Shown here: positions 52,166-64,000 of the stretch, piece by piece
How positions within the stretch are numbered: the first letter of the stretch is position 1
Layout of the letters: every line of letters begins with the position of its first letter
Position numbers and translations under genes: made by a program
Origin: Malacoraja senta
Taxonomy: Eukaryota
Direction of reading: 5' to 3'
Assembly (NCBI GenBank): GCA_038087875.1
Contig: JAXLNO010000065.1
Coordinates: forward strand, 248,001-312,000
Length of the DNA: 64,000 bases
The notes under the pieces: model-generated
What the model saw: the letters and a program-made list of their open reading frames with translations, nothing else
Database searches by the model: none
What the model was told of the DNA's origin: nothing

Positions 52166-55100
52166 CCTAATGTTGTTGCTTATGGGGAAATGCACAAGGG
52201 AGGAGATGAAGTCTGATGCGAATCGGCCATGATCTTATTGAATGGAGGGGGGATAAAAACTTCTATCTCTTATGTTTTTGAATAAGATAGAGCTGGTTAC
52301 AGGGAAATACAGACCCTCCCCTGCATATACCCGCCTGACGTATGGACGTCCTGTACATGTGAACGAGCATTTGGTAGATGGGGTAGATGGGTGGGCGATG
52401 GATTTGTTGGCTGTATGGTGGCAATGAGAATGGGGCAATGTCACGTGTCTTCTTTAACCCACTGCCCACCGCCCCAGTCCTCAGCCTCAACATGCGGGGG
52501 GGGGGGGGTTGGGCTGAGCTGAGCTGGGGGCATTGAGCACACATGCTCACTTACTCACTGAGCCAGAGAGGCCAGCTGGAGGCCATTCTTCCCGCATCCA
52601 CGTATTCTCCCATCGCAGCCATTTCTGAGACCGCCCACACGCCGTCCTTGTTCATTTGTGAAGAGTTCAGGTGAGGAACGGAATCCTGGCGTGTCCTACT
52701 GCTCTGAGGCAGGGCAAGGTCTCGATGGGCCCAATGGGGCTCCTTCCATGCTTGAAGGGAAATATGAGCACTTTGTTTCCTGAAACAGACAATGTTAAGC
52801 TCCTCAGACTGTGGAGGGGATGGCAAGGTCGCTGTGATGAAACGTGAACAGGGTATGAGCAGCAACAGAGTGTCATTCAGGGCTGGAAGCCCACAACCTC
52901 CCCATGCCGACCAAGTAGCCCCATTGACCCTAGTCTCACCTGCCCACGTTTGGCCCATATCTCTAAACCTTTTCTGTCCATGTTATTGTCCAAATGTCTG
53001 CTAGAATCCAACTAGGGAGAAGGAGAATGAGCAGCTGAGTAACAAGGTCAGGTGTGGTGGCGGGAAGGCAGGCAATGCCGATGGTGGGAGAGGCCTAGGC
53101 TCTGCTGCCCTGGAGACAGACTTCCGCAATGCTCCAACCAACCCCCTCCTCCTGAGAAACAACTAGGAATTCATTCTCAGTCGCAGTGAAGGGGGAGTGT
53201 GCTTCATTGGAGATTGGTTTTAATGACCAATATGGATTGGCTCCAATTAAAGCACAGCTTGGGCATCAGTTAAAGCAAGCTCCTGCAGCTGGATGTCTTG
53301 TGGTTGACCCAACGCCCTGGTTGACCCAACGCCCCATGTATTGGTTTCATTATACCCATCCCGTGTTCCTCTTCGAGTTGTTTAAAAGAGTGAAGACCTT
53401 TACTAGACTGCACGTATGACTTTTGCCTCCCTTCATTGGCTTTGGTCCATCCTCCTTGCCCACTGGTAGAGTGCCACCTTTGCTGACACCGTGATCCTCT
53501 GCTCTGGCCCAACCCTGAACCTTTTCCTGACGTGCCACTTGCAACTCAGCGCTGAGTTAGTCACGGCCTTGCAACCTTCTTGACCAACTAACGGGACCAC
53601 GCGCTGCAAGTGGCCAGGAACACACCATGTCCACCTGCTGTGACAGGAAGATCTCCAGAGTCCCACGCAAACAGCTACAGTTTAACTGGTTTGTAGCCCT
53701 CTCTCGGCCCAACAGTCAGCATGGTGGCACAGCGGTAGAGTTGCTGCCTTACATTGCCAGAGACCTAGGTTAGAATCTGAATGTACAAAGTTTGTACATT
53801 CTCCCAGTGACCGCGTGGGTTTTCTCTGGGTGCTCCGGATTCCTCCCACATCCAAAAGACATACAGGTTTGATGTGTTAATTGGCTTCTGTAAAATTGTC
53901 CCTAGTGTGTAGGATATAACTAGTGTTTGGGGATCGCTGGTCGGTGTGGACTCCTTGGGCCGAAGGGCCTGTTTCTGTGCTGTATTTCTAAACTAAACTT
54001 GCAGGTTAGTAGGTTAATTGGCTACTGTAAAATTGTCGCTAATATGTAGGATAGGACTAGTGTACAGGGATTGCTGGTCAGCGCGGATTCACTGGGCCAA
54101 AAGGCCTGTTTCTACGCTGTATCTCTAAAGTGTAAAGTCTAAAGTTTTCTCAACTGACTTCAGTCAAACATAGGATCAAACTCCCTCCACTCTGCCCGCT
54201 TCTTCTCACTCCTGCCACCACCCCTCCCCCCAAATAAATGTTCACCATGCTCAGAAGTGGTGCAGCGGTCTCCAGGGCAACAACAGCTCGGCCTCCCCCA
54301 GCAGGCTTTGCCTGCCTTCCTGCCGCTGCACCTGACCTCGCCACTGCGGAGCAGTCACAATGTTGCTCATTCTCTTTACCTTCGGCAAATTCTACCTTCC
54401 AATGATTAGACCTCTCGAGTCCCTCACTCTGAAAGAGATTTAGACCGATACATGGACAGGATAGGTTTAGTGGTTATGGGCCAAATGTAGGCAGGTGGGA
54501 CGAGTGTAGATGGGACGGGATGGGACAAGTTGGGCCAAAGGTCCTGTTTCCGTGCTGTACGACTCTATGACTCTAATCCAACTCAATTTATCAGGGGAAT
54601 GAGCTGGCAGTGTTCACAGAGCCATTTGACCCTTTGCACTCTTTAGTCTATCCACTCTAATCCCATTCCTTTAATTCCCCCTCCCCCCCCCCCCTTGTCA
54701 CTCTGCCCACATTCTCCATGATCCTGGTGAATGGTGGTGTACGCTCAAAGGGCTTTCTCCTATTTGTCCATGGTTCTGTGTTTGCCTGGTCTCCCTGGGA
54801 TGAGATGGCTTTCCCCATGGGTGCTCTGGTTTCATCCCACATCCCAAAGGTCTGCTGGGAGATTAATTGGTTGCTGTAAATTATTCCCCAGTGTGCAGGT
54901 GAAAGGCAAGAAGATCAAAGGGGAATTGATCAGCATGTGAGGGGGAATGCTGCAAGTTTGTGGGGAAATAAGAGCGAGAGTGGGCTAAAGACACTTCCTC
55001 TGCTGTAATGGGTGCTCTATTAGGGAAGGGTGACCCAGGGTTGATGCCGAACTGTTTGTCAATGTATTTTCCTTCAACCTTTAGGGTGAAAGGGAGCAAG

Positions 55101-56414
55101 TGATCACTGAGTGGTAAATTGATTAAAGGATACAGCATGAAAACAGGCCCTACCACCCATTCACACCAGTTCGATGTTATCTCAGTTTCGTATCCACTCC
55201 CTACGCACTAGGCAATTTGCAGAGGTCAATGAACCTACAAACCCGCACGTCTTTGGGATGTGGAAGGGTTTGCAAGGAATGTGTCTGTCATCTGGAGGAT
55301 GTAAGAAGCTTGTTTGGTCACACCACTACCTCCCTGTTGTCCCACTCTGTGACCCTGTCCACAGGGAGATCTTGCTATGAACTCAGCTGGTCCACTGCTC
55401 CAGCTCCAGTCTTATCTCCTTCCTGGGCAGATCATGCAATTGTGGGTGAGTTGCTTCCAATCTGGGTCCCGATGTAGCTACTGGAGCCGATGTGGGACAT
55501 GCAGTCTGTGGTACAGATGCTGCAAAGGGTGGGTGGACAGGTAGCTTGTGAGGTTCCCCATCCATCCACGTACACTGCCTACGCTGGGCTTCTGCGTACT
55601 CTCAATGCACAGACTGGAGGTTTCCAATAACGTGCTGAATATCCCTTCTCCTCTTTGAGCAGTCGTGGGGCAGAGGTTCTCAGGAGTCAGTGGGGATGTC
55701 GCAAGTCTCATAAAACACTCACCACACTGTCACGTCATCAAGCACATCCACGGAGGCCATGAAAGTGACACTGCAAAAAAAGGACAAGAAAGGACCTTTA
55801 AAGAATTTAACAAACATTAAGCACAGGACTTCTTCCAGTTTTTCACACATTCTCCCTCACACATTTCCCCACCCCAGAAATAATTCACGCTATCTAAAAC
55901 GGTTGTTTGAACATTTAAGTGTGAATGTTCTTGTACAGGGGGTGGGGGAGGGAGGGGAGGAGGTGGGGGGGGGGGGGAGGGGGGGTTAAACAAAGAACCA
56001 AAAATTGTCAAGAATTCTGACTCTCACTGGCATGTGAATCCAATCTGACTGTTGTTTGCTAATCTCTGTGCTGCCGGTGGTATTCTGTCCTGGTAACAGG
56101 GCTCCATTTCTGTGTAAATCTCTTGCTAGTGCTGAACGACCCACTTTTTTCCATCAGCTTCTTGAGTTCAGTGGTGACTGAGTAGAGGGCTCTCAGTTTC
56201 CCAATGTTTAATCTTGTGCTCATGGCTAACTCTACAGGTGATGTGGAAAGCAGCCTCTTCTAGTTGGACCGGGGATGGGGTGATGCTCTTAAGTTCCACC
56301 CTGAATCTAATGCCTGCATTTGATGTCCCCTTTTTATCCCGAGTGCCCACATTACAGGTAGACCTACGATCCTACCTCTGTTCCATGGAACCATTTTCTT
56401 GACTGAACCATCTA

Positions 56415-56762
56415 CTGGTCCACCACCCTTGGTTCCAGAGCCTTGCCGTATTATCCATTTTGCCGGACCAACAGAGGTCGCGGCATGATGGGGTGGGCAG
56501 GTCAGCCTTGGAAGTCGGCTATGTGAACAGATCTGTCGGTTCCAGCCAGGCCAGAGTTCCAGATCCCCGGCCGCAGGGAGCAAATTCAAGCCACCGATCG
56601 GTGCGGAAGTCCCGGTGAGGTCGTGATTGGCCGCTCACCCGGCCTAGGTGCCACGTTTTCGAGGGGACTTTGAGTGGAAATTTTCGAGATCGCTCTCCTA
56701 ATGGTGTCCAGATTAAAAGATGTGCTGGACCAACCAGTTGCCGGAGAATATTGGTGGATATG
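56415..56762. mobile_element. Second copy of the same TA-flanked MITE family, opposite orientation
   Basis: TA|CTGGTCCACC...GGTGGATATG|TA; the stretch cccttggttccagagccttgcc...ggaccaaca is the reverse complement of 7351-7398. Confidence 0.65.
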
Positions 56763-56934
56763 TACCAAGTTTACTGTCCTGCCAAGTGCTGCCCAGTCGT
56801 GCTTCTGGTTATGGGCTTAATCCCCTTTGGTGGAGTTTGAGGTAAACTTTGACCGAACTCCACATTGCAGCAAAGATGGCGGGATGCACTGCAGGAAGTG
56901 CTGTCATTTAATGGTCTTAAACTAACTTAAAATA

Positions 56935-57372
56935 TACACAAAAAGCTGGAGTAACTCAGTGAGTCAGGGAGCATCTCCGGAGAAAAGGAATAGGTGACAT
57001 TTTGGGTCGAGACCCTTGTTCAGACTGATAGTCATGGGAAAGGGAAATGAGTGATATTAAAGGGTACAAGGAAAGAAATGAATGCAAGGTATGCAAAAGG
57101 AGAAATCAAAGCCAGCAACGATGTTCAAGGATAGGTGGAGCCCACAATGGTCCATTGTTGGCTGAGGAGAAGGTGATAACGAGTGACACAAAGAGTGAAC
57201 CTCAGCAGGATGACAGTGGCACGAGTACGGCAACTAGGATGGGGGAAGGACAGAGAGAGAGGGAAAGCAAGGGTTACTTAAAGTTAGAGAAATCAATATT
57301 CATCCATCTTGGTTGTAAGCTTCCCAAGTGAAATATGAGATGCTGTTCCTCCAAATTTCCCCTGTTTCCTCT
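56935..57372 (-). mobile_element. Penelope-like element 3' end (GIY-YIG C-terminus plus terminal repeat)
   Basis: Minus strand encodes LEEQHLIFHLGSLQPRWMNIDFSNFK*, typical of the C-terminus of PLE GIY-YIG endonucleases, followed by a degenerate hammerhead-core repeat. Confidence 0.75.
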
Positions 57373-59924
57373 CAGGTAAAAAAACATCACGACAAGCTTA
57401 TGAAGAAGAGCTGGGGATTTATCACCAGTTCCTCTCAGTCTAAACCTCATTGATGCTGCTGGTGGCACCTGACCTGGCTTGTGGGGAGGTGACTACAGGA
57501 TGTTCTGCGATGTAGCAGAGGTTATAGTTCAAGCCAGAACCCTTCATTGGCTCTGGCATGCTCTGCACATTCTGAGACTCTGAAAGGCATAACATGGATC
57601 CAAGTTGGAGATCGAGATCCAAGCATTCTCTTGCTCTGCTCAATTCAGTGTGGGACTTATGCTTGTCTACTTCTGCATGGACCCCACTGCTTCAGCAGTG
57701 GGAGGTGAATGATGGGGAATAGGGGACTTTGTCCTCATGTAGTCACTGGGGAGAGGTCTCACCTCGCCATGTGTCATCTGGAATAAAATAAGAGGTCTTG
57801 AAACCAGTCCAATCCTGGACATTTGAAGGTTCTGGTTTCCACGGAACACAAAGTGTTGGAGTATCTCAGTGGGTCAGGCAGTATCTCTGAAGGACATGGA
57901 TAGGCACCGTTCCAGGTCACAATGATTCATCCGGATAAGTGGTAGTTGTGGGATTGATTTAAAAAATGTGGAGTGAGAGTAGTTGTGCATTAGCAGGATG
58001 GAAAGTGAACCTTGGGGAGGGAGAGGGGCTGTGACTTCAGTTTGGTTTGCTGCAGGTCCTTGGGCTGTGGGAAGGGCAGTGAGATTTATTTTGATTAATG
58101 GTGCTTTGATGAAACAGGAGCATTAGTTCAGGATGGATGCAGGACTATGGGGAGCAGGATGAGAGAGGATTTATGATCTCTGGGGGGGGGGGGGGTCTGA
58201 GTGTGATGGGAAGGGTGTTGCTGATGGCTTCCCTCTGCATTGTAAACCTCCAATTTCCTTTGTGACAGAGGAATGACAACTGGAAAAAGGGGCTTGTTAG
58301 AGGCAGTTTAGACACCTTAGATAAGGCAGAATATTTCTCGAGGGAATATCAGTGTAGATGGACATGGTAGAACAGAGGGAAATTATAGTGTTCAGCAGTG
58401 TGCAACTGGGGGAGAAGAACTTCAGATGCTGGTTTACCAAAAAAGACACAAAGTGCTGGAGTAAATCAATGTGGTCAGGCAGTATCTCAGTCTGAAGGAG
58501 GGTCCCGACTTGAAACGTCGCCTATCCATGTTCTCCAGAGATGCTGCCTGACCCGTTGAGTTACTCCAGCACTTTGTGTCTTTTTTGAGAAGAAGGCAAG
58601 GTTTGGAGCTGGTTCTGGGGCAAGGGGACACTGCAGGTACCTGAGGCCCTACTGGGAGCATGCAGCAGGGATGCAATGGTGGTGGGAAACACCAATGCAA
58701 CAGCACCACTCAGAAACTCGCTGCTTTACACATCACCTTCCACAAGAAGCTCCCGAGGTGCAATCAATTATATTTTACCTTATGGATGAAATTCAAAGGT
58801 TGGATTTGAATGAAGTTTGAGTGGGAGTGTTTATTATTTCAGAAGAATGATGTGACATTAGCATGTTGTTTTTCAATGTAAAATACCGCTGAGTTTTGGT
58901 TTCCTTTTCTCACTCCAATAGAACCGTTTGTAATTAATTTAGGTTCTTTGTATTTTCGTGTTCACCAGTCAATACTGGGTAAAGTGTCACTTTTAACTAC
59001 AAATAATGCCAGGTTAGGACACACAGAGTGATGAGGTGTAGGTTTGTTGGGCTTTTAATTTGTATTTGTTAATGCATAATGCAAATAAATTGTTCCACTT
59101 GTTGCAAGATACTGATGTGCTCCTAGTTATTGACATGGATCGGGTGCAATGTGGAGCAGACAGAACAGTGACCAGCTCCCTACCCACACTAGGGTTAAAA
59201 TACCAAGGCTGTTCCGATGTACGACCCCTGGTTAAGCACTCCCTTACGCACTCTGGTTCGGAGGAACACTGAAAATAAGTATAAATGGACGTTACTTCCA
59301 TTGGGAGAGTAAGCAGCAGACTGTTTGGTTCAAGCCTGTCCTTTCATTCAGCAAGATCACAGCTGATCTTCCACCTCAGCTCCAGATTCCTGCACTTTCT
59401 CCGTATCCCTTGCCTCCATTAATACCTAGAAGTCTGTCAACCTCTGTTTGGAATGAACTCAGTGACTGTGCCTCCACAGTCCACTGGATGGAGAAGTCTG
59501 AAGATTGGCTACCCATTGAGTGAAGTAGTTCCTCTTCATCTCTGTCCTAATCAGCCAGACTTTGCTCTGAGAATGTACCTAGCTCTAGAATTCTCAGCCA
59601 GGTGATACATCCACCCTGCACCCAGCTCTTTGAGCCCTGTAAGAATTGTATATGTTTCAATGAGAGGACCACTCATTCTTCTAAACTCTGGTACAGTAGA
59701 GTCTACTCCATCTCTCCTCATATGACAAATCCACCACCCCAGGAACCAGTCTGGTGAATCTTTGATGAACTCCATCTGCAGTAAGTGCATCTTGTCTCAG
59801 GTAAGATACCAAAGAGAAACATAAATTGTATACAATGCTCCTGTAGTTATGTTGCCACTGTAGTGATCTTGCCAAGGCCCTGTTTAATTCAGAAAGCCCA
59901 AATGGGTGCCCATTTCTTCAACTA

Positions 59925-60860
59925 TTAGAGTCAGAGTCATACAGCGTGGAAACAGGCCTTTCAGACCAACTTGCCCACACAGGCCAACATATCCCAACTA
60001 CACCAGTCCCACCTGCTGCATTTGACCCATATCCCTCTAAACCTGTCCTATCCATGTAGCTGTCTAAATGTTTCTTAAATGTTGTGATAGTACCCGGCTC
60101 ACCTACCTCCTCCGGCAGCTCGTTCCACACATTTACCATCCTTTGTGTTAAAAAGTTACGCGATAGGTTCCTATTAAATATCTCCCCCCTCACCTTAAAT
60201 CTATGCCCTCTGGTTCTCGATTCCTCTAATCTGGGCAAAAGACTCTGTGCGTCTAACTGATCTATCCCTCTCATGATTTTGTACACCTCTATAAGATCAC
60301 CCCTCATCTTCCTGCACTTCAAGGGATAGAGACCTAGCCTGCTCAACCTCTTTCTGTAGCCCAGGCCCTTGAGTCCTGGCAACATCCTTGTAAATTCTCT
60401 CTGCACCCTTTCCAGCTTGACAATATCTTTCTTACAACACGGTGCCCAGAACTGAATACAATACTCTAAATGTGTCCTCCTAAAGGTCTTATACAAGTGA
60501 AACATGACTTTCCAACTTCTATACTCAATGCTCTGACTGATGAAAGCCAATGTGCTAAAAGCTATTTGACCATCCTATATACCTTTGATGCCACATTCAA
60601 TTAACTATGTACCTGTACTCCTATATCTCTGCTCTACAACACTCCCCTCCGTCCTACTATTCACTGGGTAGGTTTAGCCCATGTTAGCGCTCCCAAAATG
60701 TAACATCTCTGTATGAAATCCCATCAACCATTCCTCAGGCCACCTCCCAACTGATCATGTTTCTGCTGCAATTTTTGACAACCATCTTCACCACAAACCA
60801 CCCACTGTTGTGTCATCTGCAAACTTGCTAACCAAGCCATGTATGTTCTCATCCAAATCA
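59925..60860 (-). mobile_element. CR1 3' fragment
   Basis: ORF 59918-60550(-) encodes AFISQSIEYRSW...LERVQREFTRMLPGL...WNELPEEV, followed by the CR1 3' UTR. Confidence 0.9.
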
Positions 60861-61431
60861 TTGCTATAGATGACAAACAGCAATGGGTGCTATCTGTATG
60901 TAGTTGGTACGTTCTCCTCGTGACCACGTGGGTTTTCTCCGAGTGTTCCAGTTCCTTCCCACATTCCAAAGACGTAGGGGTTTGGAGGTTATTTGGCTTC
61001 AGTAAAGATTGTAAATTGTCCCTAGTATGTAGGGTAGTGCTAGTGTGTGTGGATTGCTGGTCGGCGTGTACTCAGTGGGCCGAAAGGCCTGATTCCGCAC
61101 TGTATCGCTAAACTAAACTAAACTAAACTCAAAAGTAAAACAAGGATGATCCAAACCCAAAATGTTACGTATCCATTTTCCCCAGATATGTTACGTGACC
61201 TGTTGAATTACTCCAGCACTTTGTGTCTATCTAAAAGTAAAACGGCTGCTTTCAGAATCTTTAGGACAATTTGACTGGCACGGTGACGCAGCAGTAGAGT
61301 TGTTGCCTCACAGCGCCAGAGACCTGGGTTCGATCCTGACTACGGGTGCTGTCTGTACGGAGTTAGTACATTCTCCCTGTGACCGCGTGGGTTTTCCCCG
61401 GGTGCCCGGATTCCTCCTACAATCCAAAGAC

Positions 61432-62683
61432 CAGGGACGTGCGGTCAGGGGAGGCAGGGGAGGCAGAGCCTCACCTGTCATACTCCCAATTAAAATAGAT
61501 GTTAACAAAAGTAAAGAAAAATAATAATAAAATAAATATAAAGATTTTTCCACTGATCTGTGTTATAAATGTCATTTCTATATGAATCTAATCATTTTTT
61601 ATAGTAAAAATCGCAAAATTTTCGCAGCTCCGCTGCAAATACATGGAGAGATGCGAGGTTAGGCAGCGACGAGCTGAGCCTCCCCTCTGATTGCGCAACC
61701 CCTTAGAAACTGGATGGAGCGCGGGCAATAAGCGTGAGCCTGTTACTATCTCTCTGTATGTCACCAATGTAACCCCCTTCATTACATGTCCTTAACTTCC
61801 ATAGTCCAGGTAACGTATTTTACATATAAAGATATTAAAATTATGCTTGCATAAAACTGCATTGAAAAAGCACCAGGGGAGGCAGCGATCACGTCTGCCT
61901 CACAAGGGGGCGTGTCTTGAGCCCAGTGGAGGAAGAGCGAGCGTCAATTACGTAGTCTCACGTAATTGATGTTGCCTCACTCTCCCTCCACATTAGCTAG
62001 CTTCAGCAGCGGCGGCGCAGACCATAGATCATAGAGCGGAACAAGATACGCCACTTGGGAAGGTAGACTTTGTCGGTACATTAAAAAGTTATTAGATTTT
62101 AAAAAAATAGATCTATACTTATCACAATAATAAAGTCATCAATTTTTGTACTTCTGTACATTTTTGTTTAGTTCATGTAAGGCAGGAGTCTCCAAAATAT
62201 GGCCTGCGGGACACATCAAGCCCACCACCTGATTTTTCAAGCTCAGATTCGAGTCGGGGAGCGCGGCGGCCCGGGGCTGCTCTTAGTGTTGTTACTGGTT
62301 AGATCCATCGAATTGTCAGAGCCGAGACATCACTGGGCCGCCGTGAAGAAGGGTGCAATGGTGCGGTGGGGGGGATTCGGCGGCGGTCAGAATGGGATGG
62401 CTGCGGGTTATAACGTGCCATCGTTCCTCTCTCCGTTCTCTCTCCCCATTCTCGCTCTCTCCCCATTCTCTCTCTCATTTTCTCTCTCTCCTCTCTCTCC
62501 CCCCATTCTCTCTCTCTCTCCCTTCTCTCTCTCTCTCCCTCCCTTCACTTCTCTATCCCTCCCTCCCAGCCACGGCTCCACCCCTCTCTCTCCTCGGAGA
62601 GACGCGGTGATCAATCCAGGGAGGGCCAGGCCACTGATACGAGCCAGTGCCTCCCCAGCCATTGACCTCACCGCACGTCACTG
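61432..62683. mobile_element. Non-autonomous hAT DNA transposon (1252 bp) inserted in a SINE
   Basis: Perfect 8-bp TSD CCAAAGAC (61424-61431 and 62684-62691); 18-bp TIRs CAGGGACGTGCGGTCAGG / CCTCACCGCACGTCACTG with 2 mismatches; no transposase ORF. Confidence 0.9.
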
Positions 62684-64000
62684 CCAAAGACATACAGGTT
62701 TGTAGGTTAATTGGCTTCAGTAAATTGTAAATTATCCCTCTTGTGTAGGATAGTGCTGGTGTACTGGGAATGCCGGTCGGCACGGACTCGGTGGGCTGAA
62801 GGCCCCGTTTCCATGCTGTATCTCTAGTCTAAAGTCTAAAATCTGAAGTATTTACAGCAACAGTATTGGGGAGAGTGCCATACAGGCGAGCTCCCACAGC
62901 CAGCAATAACCTGTTACTGTGACAATACTAGTTGATGGATTAGTATTAACCATGCAGCGAGTGGGAAATGTGGCTTGAAGGAAAACAGGGAAGTTTCATG
63001 TAAACTGAACACAGGGCAGATTCAAAATGGTTTGCATTTCCAGGCCTGGAACAAAGTGTACACTTCAGACTTGAACCAGTCACCTTGCTCAGTACGGCAC
63101 CTGCTTTACTGACAGGCACACAAACAGCTTTCTTATTTCCTGTAGTGTGGAGCTCAGTCCTCATTAATCATCTGTCAGGAGCAGCCAAGCAGTGGGAAGT
63201 CTCATCACTTCTCCACGGACTAGTCCAGGAGTGAAGTGACAATGGAGGAGGCTGCCTTCCGCACCACTACCTGCGTTCACAAGACTTCTTGCTGATGGGT
63301 TCTGTGTGCTCTGATCAGAGTGCCTCAGCTGATCGCTGGCTGCCAGGGCTGGAGGCAGGTAGCCCGGATTGTTGACGGGCCAAATCACATCCCGTCACCC
63401 TGGCCTTGAGCGGGTAGCGGGACTCAGTCGGTGGCTCAGTGGCGCAATGGTTCAAAGGTGCAATAGTACAATGGTACAATGGTGCTTACATTGTCACATA
63501 CGCACAGTGCTAACACAGTGAAATTCTTTTTCTTACAAACAGTTCAGTAGAGTATTGCCATCCCCCCGATACCTGATTAGAAAGTGTGTAGAAATAGTCT
63601 GCTGAGCCCGAATGCAAGAGGTGCCATGTTTTGGTGCCATATTCTAAATCCACGTTCTGATTCTTGTGACGTTCCTATTGCCTGTCCGAGGCAAGTCCCA
63701 GGCTGTTGCGGGCCTCCAGCCATCTCCTTCCTTGGACACCACGTCCCTCTACTCGTCCGTCCTTTGCTCACCGGGGACGACTCCCGCAGCCGACCATGAG
63801 GGCACGGTAACCACACCCTGGTTCCCTCTCCTCTCCTACCGGCCTTGCTCCACTCATGTCGGCTCAGGCAGTTAGTTCAATTTCAACCTCTGGTGCTGTC
63901 TATGTGGAGTTTGCACGCTCTCCTTGTGACCATGTGGGTTTCCCCAGGTGCTCTGGTTTCCTCCCACATCCCTGGACTTAAAGCCCTATCCCATGGGCAG

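Noticed and set aside
61276..61345. tRNA-like sequences with A and B boxes, at many loci
   Set aside because: They are SINE heads that continue into the SINE core and tail; no complete cloverleaf.
51030..64000. A second host gene or a defined PBX polyadenylation site
   Set aside because: No convincing exons or domains. An ATTAAA near 51577 lies at the end of an apparent old LINE fragment and cannot be assigned without transcript data.

Overview
Vertebrate genomic DNA, most likely from a cartilaginous fish (skate/ray-like); this is inferred from the repeat families, not proven. The only host gene is the 3' part of a PBX-family TALE homeobox gene on the + strand. It has six coding exons (4110-4300, 7616-7751, 8818-8977, 32235-32347, 34385-34474, 50789-50881) with canonical AG/GT sites. 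Together they give 260 aa plus a stop, and their sizes match PBX1 exons 4-9; the 5' exons are outside the window. Introns and the 3' flank are filled with tRNA-derived V-SINE/HE1-like SINEs, CR1 LINEs (two young copies with long ORF2), Rex/Babar 3' ends, Penelope-like remnants carrying a minimal hammerhead-ribozyme core, Harbinger-, hAT- and Tc1/mariner-type non-autonomous DNA elements, and microsatellites. There is also a 200-N assembly gap. The most interesting signals are: (1) about 17 hammerhead-core Penelope-derived short elements, including palindromic dimers and a 95-bp copy with a 14-bp target duplication; (2) the PBX gene's mix of paralog-diagnostic residues; and (3) loss of the PBX1b/3b-type stop together with a frame-restoring upstream acceptor. 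No prokaryote-type system is present. Repeat boundaries are approximate unless a TSD or TIR is quoted.
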